Shown piece after piece: positions 54,101 to 63,100 of a DNA stretch of 64,000 bases. The DNA lies in the NCBI RefSeq assembly GCF_964355755.1, contig NC_092670.1:7058201-7122200 (forward strand). The letters are read 5' to 3'. How positions within the stretch are numbered: position 1 is the stretch's first letter; each line of letters begins with the position of its first letter. The notes below the pieces were generated by a model. It was not told the DNA's origin and did no database searches. It saw only the letters and a program-made list of their open reading frames with translations. This DNA comes from Antedon mediterranea (Eukaryota > Animalia > Echinodermata). Position numbers and translations under genes: made by a program.

Positions 54101-57100
54101 ACTGAGAGCATAAGTATAAGTGATATATTTGTTCAAGTTCGTACTCTAAGATCTGGAAGCGTGATTGCTAATATCAATATATACACACCAAGTTCGGATG
54201 TATCGTATAACAATTTCAGCAAAAGTTTATCAGAAGAGTTTACCAAGTTAGGAAATGAAGGAACTATAGATGCTGATAATATTGCCATATTTAGCACAGG
54301 TAAGAACTTGCATTTATATTTTTGTTTTACGTTTTGTATAAAAATGCATTTGAAATGAGAAAAATCATGGACCGTTATGTTGTTGTGTTTATATAATCCA
54401 TTTAAAAAAAAATAAATGGGTTCATTCATTTATTTATTAAAGAGAGTTGTGAAAAGGAGATAATAGATGACTTAACATTCGAAACTACTGATGCTGGTCA
54501 AAATGCATCCTCCAAGGAAGTTTGTCCAGAATCTAAAATTAATTGTAAGTTTGAATTTTTGTCTATAATTTATATAATATTATGTTTAGTAAAATAATTG
54601 CATGGATGAATGATTTTAACTAATGCATTATTTTCCTAATCTAAAAATCAAGTGAATTGTATCGTTTGTGTAAAGCAGCAGATTAAATGATTGACTAAAG
54701 GACTGAGCACCAAACGCTTGGAATTAGTGATCAACTACTGACTTATTACAAGACTGTAGGGAGTCTATTTCTTTTCACACCCGGAAGAGCCCATTGTAGT
54801 GATCATTTATTTTAAGAATAAAATATTCTATCTTATTTCCACAAATAGATGGTATGCCTCTAGGCTTGTGTACATGCTATAGTGATGGCCTGTCAGCTGC
54901 TGTGTGGCAGGATGTAATATTACAAGACTGTGGTAGAGATGCTACAGCCGATGAAATTTTAGAAAGGTTAACTATGGTAAGTTACACATTTGTAGTGGAT
55001 TTAGATTGAATCGAAGAAAGTGATAAAATAGATCTATTGAAACAAGTGCTTAGATTAAGAATAATGTTTACCATTTCTCTTACCTACTAACATATGTTGT
55101 ATTAGCAGGAATGATATTCCAACTTTAATATTCTGATATTAGAGATATTTCAAGTTCACTGCTCTGATATTATAAGTATCACCATTATTTTGTTTATGTT
55201 ACTGTTTTGTGTATTATAAATGAATTTCTAATGTTTGTTTCTAATTATAAATATATCTGAAAAATGTTTAGTAGTCCCTTGAAACATACTTAAATTCTTT
55301 TTATTCTTATTTATCAACACCTTTTTCATATTATTATTTTTCTGTCGTGTATTATTGTTTACTTTATTTTGCGATTCTAGTACAGTTCTTTAGATTTTAT
55401 TAGCGTGTTTAACAGTAGCGTGTTAGCATGTAGCCCTACCCAGTGGCTAAAATCACAGTATAAATGCAGGAAACCAATATTTATTTTATATTTGTGCAGG
55501 TGACAGTTACTGAAGAAAATGCAGAGAAAGTAATTACAGCAGTCAACAACATTACAACAACTGAATCCGATACTATTACACCAGATGGTTTGGAAGCAAC
55601 TGCAGAAATTATTGAAAGTGTTACTTCTGTAAATTCAAAATCTGCTGAAGTGAGTTTATTCACACTTTAAAAAAATATATTCTTCTACGATTTAAATTGT
55701 TGATTAGAGTAGGGATAACAGTTTAAAAAACACAAATTGCTATTTAATTTTAAAATTCCATTACAGGTGACATCAACTTTAGTTGACACTGTTGCTAGTC
55801 TTTTTAAAGTGGATGAGGAGGTTCTTTTAGAGAGTCAGATGGAAACACAAGCTCCAAGTAGAATTGTTGAATCTCTTGAAGAACAATTAACAGTTGTTGA
55901 TCTTGAAAATGATAAATATGAATTTGTAACGAGCAGTGTAGCAGTACAAGCTCAGAATGTAAAAACCAATGAACTCGAAAACACTGGGTTTGGACTTGTA
56001 TCTTATCAATCGGCAGATACTAGTGCAATAGTAAATGTGACAGGATTTAGTGAGGAGGATGAACTTGATAATTCCGCATCTGTCAGTATCTACATTCCTT
56101 CGACAATTACTGAAATGTTTGCAACATCTAATGGTATGTGGTTAACAGTCTAATATTATTTCCTTTGTGACCGTGTAAATGTCATTATAATTATCTTATG
56201 AATATCATTGGTTTTCGAAAATAGGAGTGTGCTGTACTTTAAAGCCCAATGCAATATGATGTCAATTGAACAACGTGAGTTTATAAAAGAACAGAAAATA
56301 TAGTTATTTAGTATTACTCGCCAGAAAATGTATCTTTTTTTTAACAGGATCAAGTGCTGCTTTTCGTATTGTTACAGTAGTATATAAGGATAGTTCACTG
56401 TTTCCAATAAACCAGTTTGCGGACACCAGGCGACCCAATGGTCAAGTAATTTCATTGTCAATACCTGGAGTAGAATTGAAAAATTTATCAGATCCAATTA
56501 TTACAACATTTATACCTGCTGAGGTAAGTAGACAACCTGTTTCTAGAGCCTAGTATTTTACATTTAAATCACAGAATACATAAAGAATGATATTCTTCCT
56601 TATCTTCTATACATATCTTGAATAGAAATATTACTTAGGAACGTCATAAATTTAAGATCATAATAGTAAACTTCTCTAATTAGACTATGAATTTATTGTT
56701 TTAGAAATGTCACATTTAAGATACACACATATTGTTAATCTCCCAATAAACACTCTAGTTGTAATAAGTACTTTGTGTATAGAGATGTTACATTTAAGAT
56801 CCTAATAAATATAATGGAATATGAATATTATTTGTGGGGATATTACATATCCTATTGAATGTAAACTTCTCTCACTTGACTAATGCATATCATGTGATGT
56901 TACATTGAAAATCATAATGATACACTTTTTAAACTAGAAGTATCTCTTCTGAAAGAATCACAAACTGGTGCAGAGGTATTTTAATATTACTAGAGGGTGA
57001 GCTCGCTTCGCTCGCTCCCCCTCTAGGAAGTGTAGACGATGGTTCTCGGAATGATAATGTTCTCCTTATACGTTTTCTGTCGGTTACCATTATTGAAAAT

Positions 57101-60100
57101 GCTTGACATTCGTAAAACTAAACTACTTTGTATCACAGTGTTTTAGATGATTAATAACATTTTAAAGTATAGTTTTTATTGTTTGGTAGGGCCCTTTGGG
57201 GAGGCGGAGGTCATTTGAGGGAGGTGCTTATTCGAGGGATATATGTTAAATTTTTTAGTTTTAATAATATGGTAACATTTATAATCAAATGAAATCCTCT
57301 AATAGATATGAAAAGTGCTAAAAAAGAATAACAAATGCTTGGTAAATTGTAGATAACAGTGCGGTGAATTCTACTACAAATAGTATAATTGTGTTATTAT
57401 AAATATGTGGATGGACGTTTATTAGATAGTTGGGTTGGGGGGGGGGGGGTTTATTATTCAAAGTGATGTTTTATTTGAGAGGCGTTTATTCAAATGAATA
57501 CCATCCTAATAATTATTAATACATTATTTAATTTAATCATCTTTTGAAACTAACTGCCGTGACAGAGTGGGCCCAAGAAAGAAGACATTACGGCTTGCAA
57601 CAACATGGGCAGACATCTTGGTCCTAATGGGACACAGGAAGATAGCCTACAGTTATTCCTGCAAGCTTACTCAATAAAACTCAGCTACAGTATCGGGATT
57701 TCACTCGAAAAATGTCTTATCATCAAATCTCCCTATGTAATTTTATAATACTATTCCCCACAATATATTCTGATTCTTTATGGCGTATATTTAATTTGAT
57801 CTTTATTAATTTGCAGTATAATTCCTATTATTTAACTACTGTACCTTCACACACGCGCGGTATCTATATATAAATTATGGTTAATTCTGACATATTTTTC
57901 GTCTTCCAAAGGGACACTGTATTGATTGATGGAAAGTGCCTGTTTCCAGTCACCTTTAGGGTCAAATCTATTATTTTAACTGCTCCCTTGTGTTTAAAAG
58001 AGAGAAAATATTTGAAACTCAAGGTGAACTTATCTTAAACCCGGAAATTACTTTGACCGGGAAGAATTGAAATTGAGAGGAAAATCTAATGTTGAAATCA
58101 TAAATGTTGTTAAAAAACTCTTTATAATATCTTCCTAAGATATAAATATGGAACAATAGCGTCGGCGTGCACACTAATGTTATCAAATCTACGTTTCGCG
58201 GTACATCTCAGATAGATAAGGTAGGTATCCAAGGCGGAGATTTGTAGAGAAGTTTTTGCATTGTGCTCGCCTATGTCAGAATTAACCATAATTTATATAT
58301 AGATACCATATACTGTACAAGAAAAACATGTAATAAAATTAGAAAAACTAATTGTATAATGACTGTAACGTGTGATGTCTGGTTTACCTTGAATGTATAT
58401 ACAGTTTGTATAATTTGATTTTCCTACTTCTAGATATCCGCAAATAATAACGAGACAGCCTGTGTGTTCTGGGATTTTGAACTTGATGGTAATGGTGGAT
58501 GGTCAAGTGCTGGATGTTACTTAGCTAATGGATCATTGGATGGCAGTGACAGACAAATTTGTCATTGCGACCATTTAACCAATTTTGCAATTCTGATGGT
58601 AAGTTATGGGAGGATATAAATTCTTATAGCATAACACTCAATTTGTTTTATTACTTAGTATGTGACACATTTTTTTATTAAATAATTATGCACCAGCATG
58701 GCAAAAATTTTAAAATAATAGCATCTTGATTTGAGTTGACTTTTTATTCCACGCTCATTTATATAGCACACACTCTTTGGGAAATATGAGTAAACCAACT
58801 GATAACTACAAAAACGTATTAGGCCTACGTATTGGAAAAGAAGAGAATTGTAAACAAAAACGCATTTTGTTTTCATTTAGAATTTTTATGGAGATGATAA
58901 GGTTCCTTCACCGGAATTAGCAAAGTACATAACATACATTGGTCTTGTTGTTTCAATTGTTTGTTTAATTGCAACCATATTTACCTTTACAACAAACAGG
59001 TAAGGCTTAGTTCATAGCAACATGTTATTACTACAAGTTTGAGTTTGTATACAAATGTACTTTATTTCAAAAAATTCAAATTTGCTCAATTGAGCTCAGA
59101 TCTTAACACTGGTCATCAGACACATTTTTGATTACCTATATGTATGATCCTAGTGATCATTGTATCACCAGGAGTATTCAGTAATGTATTGCTGCAATAC
59201 AAATTTACTGAAAACATTTATTGCTGCAATACAAATTTACTTATAACAATACAGTATAAACAGTATAGCATTTCTTTTATTAAGAATAAATTGTGTATTC
59301 CAAAAATCAGAATTTTGATGATTTGTATTATTAATTAATTATGAAAAAAATGATGCATTGTTTTGTTTTAAAACAACTGAAATTCCAAAGCTCTAATAAT
59401 GAGTTTACCGAGTTCTATCATCTACAAAGTCTTGTAACAAGTCTTTTGATTTTATTTTGTCACAAGGAAAATCCTGAAATCTCTTAAGCATCCCCCTACA
59501 ACTCTACTCTCCAAATGCTTAATTCAATTTTATGATGTTCCTTTTAAATTTTCAGGAAGCTACGAAGGAGTAAACCAAAGCAGATCTTATGCCACTTATG
59601 TGTATCATTACTCTTCTTGTATTTGATCTTTCTTGTTGGAATTGACAAAACAAAAAAAGAGAGCACTTGTACGGCCATCGCTGGATTGATTCACTATTTT
59701 TTGCTCACATCTATCTTTTGGATGTCTGTGCAGGCTATTAATATGTATTATTCATTTGTTAAAGTTTATAACACACATGTTTCTAGATTTTTTGTGAAAG
59801 CCTGTCTTTTTGCTTGGGGTAAGTAGCTCATCACCCTTACTGTGTTATTAACTTACTAATGCCACATTTATTAATGTACACACACATTATAAGCATGCTT
59901 AAAGATAAATTACATACTTATTATTTTCTTTCAAATATATTATAATACAGTGATTTAAAATTTACACGACAAAGAAAGACACATGTTTTCTTAAAATGTT
60001 CAAACAAAATGCTATGAAAAGTATTAAAGTAGTTACGTAGTTCAACATTTTGTTACCATATGTTGTGACTACCAAAACAATGAACATTAAACGAAATAAA

Positions 60101-63100
60101 ATCAGGAAATCAATGTATACACCAAAAACATACATATGTTTAATGCCTAATACAAAGTTATGAAATTATTAGATCAATAATTATTTTAACGTATAATGAT
60201 ATAGAAATGCTTTGTGACCTGCTCTGGCAAAGTGAAACATAAGTCGAAAATTTAAATTTTTCAGATTTGTATTCTATCTGGTAGGAAATGTTATATCCTT
60301 TACAATGATACCAAACTTAATATTTAACATGAAGGGGATCCCGAGATATTGTACGTTAAGTCGAAGCATGTATAAAGAAATATAAAAATAACAGTTTTGA
60401 GAAAATCATGATTGAATGTCAATGTTATTTTATAAAACAACAACACAAATTAATATTTGATAATCTAATAGTGTATACTTTCTAAGTATCACACATTCAC
60501 AAAATATGATACAATGAAATGTTTTTTGGTAGGATATTGATTACTGTGACAATGCATACAAAAAAATATTTCCACATTCTATGTTAAGTACAAACTTGTG
60601 TTTCTTTTAAGCACTTGCTTAAAATGGTAAAAAAGGGGGTAAATTAATGTTTTTACACTAAAAAAACTGTATTATTCTTTAAGAATTAATCAAATGTATA
60701 TAATAAATTAAGTTATATAACATTAAATACCATTTCTTGAACTACTGGATTTAAGTACGTTCTTAAAAGTTACTTAAATAATTTAAATTTTAGTTGTGTA
60801 GTGCCTGCTGATTAGATAACAAATACAACTTAAATAACATTATGCGATTGCTTTAATCAATTAAATAATGGATATGTTTTAAGCACATACTAATGTATTA
60901 AGTTTGTTTTAAGCATTTACTTAAAATTGTGTAATGTTATGAAATTATGTTGGTGTAAGTGCATAATAATAGCCTACAATAACATGAATTAATACAATAC
61001 TTATTATGTAAAAACAATAAATATGGTAGGCCTATGTGATATGTAGGCAAATAAAAGTGCCACTTAGGCCTAGCCTACCTATCCTAGCTAGGCCTATTTG
61101 CCCTGCAACCTACCTAGCTAGCCTACCTAGGCCTAGCTAGTCTAGTCTAGACCTGCTAGGCCTACCCTAGGGCCTAGCTAGGCTAGGACAAGTAGGCCTA
61201 GAAGGACCCAGCCTGGAGTCCATAAGGCTACTTAGTAGGCCTAGGCTAGTCACTACACTGACTGTAATAATTTAATATCATAGGTCCTTTGCTACTCTCA
61301 TTATGTTTTTATTTTTTAGTCATTGTATTTGGCCTAGGCCTAGACCCTAGACTAGATCAATCGATTATCCTAAATCTGAATTGTTTACACTCTCTTCTCC
61401 GCGTAAAAAGTAAACAGGTCAAAGGTCATTGTAAGGATAAGCCAATTACAGTACTGTATTTCTACTACGCGCTAGCCATTACGTGGCGTATCCTTGACAA
61501 CGGATTTCTGTTGTGTAAAAATCACGTCAGAGAAGCTTTTTACCTCCTCTAATTCCCGCCGAAGAAGCCAAAAATATTGAAAACCACTTGAAATACCCAC
61601 TGAATATGGCTTATGAATATTTAAATTTTCAGACTCTACCATGTTTCTAAAGGTAGCTATACCAATATTTTCATAAACTGCACAGTTTTCTAACAGTGTT
61701 TCATGCACTTTATTTCATTTTTTTGCAACAAAATGAAATCAAGACAAAAAAGGTACTCATTAAAATCACTTATTTAGCCCTTTTATAAACTTAATTCACA
61801 CAAAATGAAACTTGATCTTGATTCTTAAATAGTTGTAAATTCCAAAAAGGGGAAAACCCTATTTTCACCAAGATAGTGATTTTTAACTTACATAGTACTT
61901 CTATAGGTCAATACACTGAATAAAGATCAGCGAGTTATGTTTCACTATGCCAGAGCAGGTCACCTTTACTATTGCACCTTTTATATAAATTCTAGGGAAA
62001 ATTAGTTTAGGCAATGCTTCATCTGTTACATTTTGAAACCATCATTATACCAATATTTAATCATTGGGCCGCATCTTTGTACGCAATGGGAAATGATAAA
62101 ATATGCTTTATTTATTACAACTACTTTAAACCACAGGACATATCAAACCATTAACATTAATATTCAAAGAAGGGAAAAAGTGGTGAAAAAAAAAATTATG
62201 AAACAAATGATGCAAAATTCTAGTAGTAATACAGTTGGTTTTTAATATGTAATGATGACTGTTTGTTAATTATAGTTTATATAGCTTTTATAATGTATTG
62301 ATTACAGGTCTACCATCTGTGATTGTTGCGATAACTGTTGGTGTTGACGTCGACAATTATGCCAATACAAAGCATTAGTAAGTGACAAGACCATTTAAAA
62401 AAGAATCCCTCTTTATTCTTCTTAATTCAAGCTTCTAACTGTGCTTATTCATGCTTTGCATCTCTAGTATTTATTATGATCAAGGCTCATTTGACGGATT
62501 TCCTTTACGGTTTTATATTATATATGTTTTCATTGTCTTATATTGTAACTTTATAGTTGCCTCCAAATAAATATTGTTGTTTGTAGGAATATGCAGTACT
62601 ATATTCTTTAATGTACTACAATACAGAATAAACCACTTTTATTTATATCCACAATTTTTTTTTCAGTTGCTTTCTTGTTGTAACCCGTATGTATTACAGC
62701 GTAGCATTACCTATTGCCATCTTATTACTCTTCAACGTGGTTGTATTTATTATGGTAATGTACAGTCTAAGCAAACTTGGTAACGTTGCAAAACAAGCTC
62801 ACCGAATTCGGAAAAAAAACAATGGCATGCATTTACTACAGAATGCTGTGTGTATATCGGTAGTGATGGGAATGACGTGGCTTATTGGATTCTTTGCAAT
62901 TGGTAGTGCCTCCGAGATGATCCAGATACTCTTCTGTATTTTGAATTCCTTTCAAGGATTTTTTATATTTCTTATGTATTGTTTAAGAAGTAAAGATATT
63001 CGTAAATTTTGGGTAGAAAAAACTCGTAATAGATTGAAATCAATGTCGTCAACTTTTAAAGGAACCAAAAACAGCACCCTGTATTCCAGTGGACGTAAAA

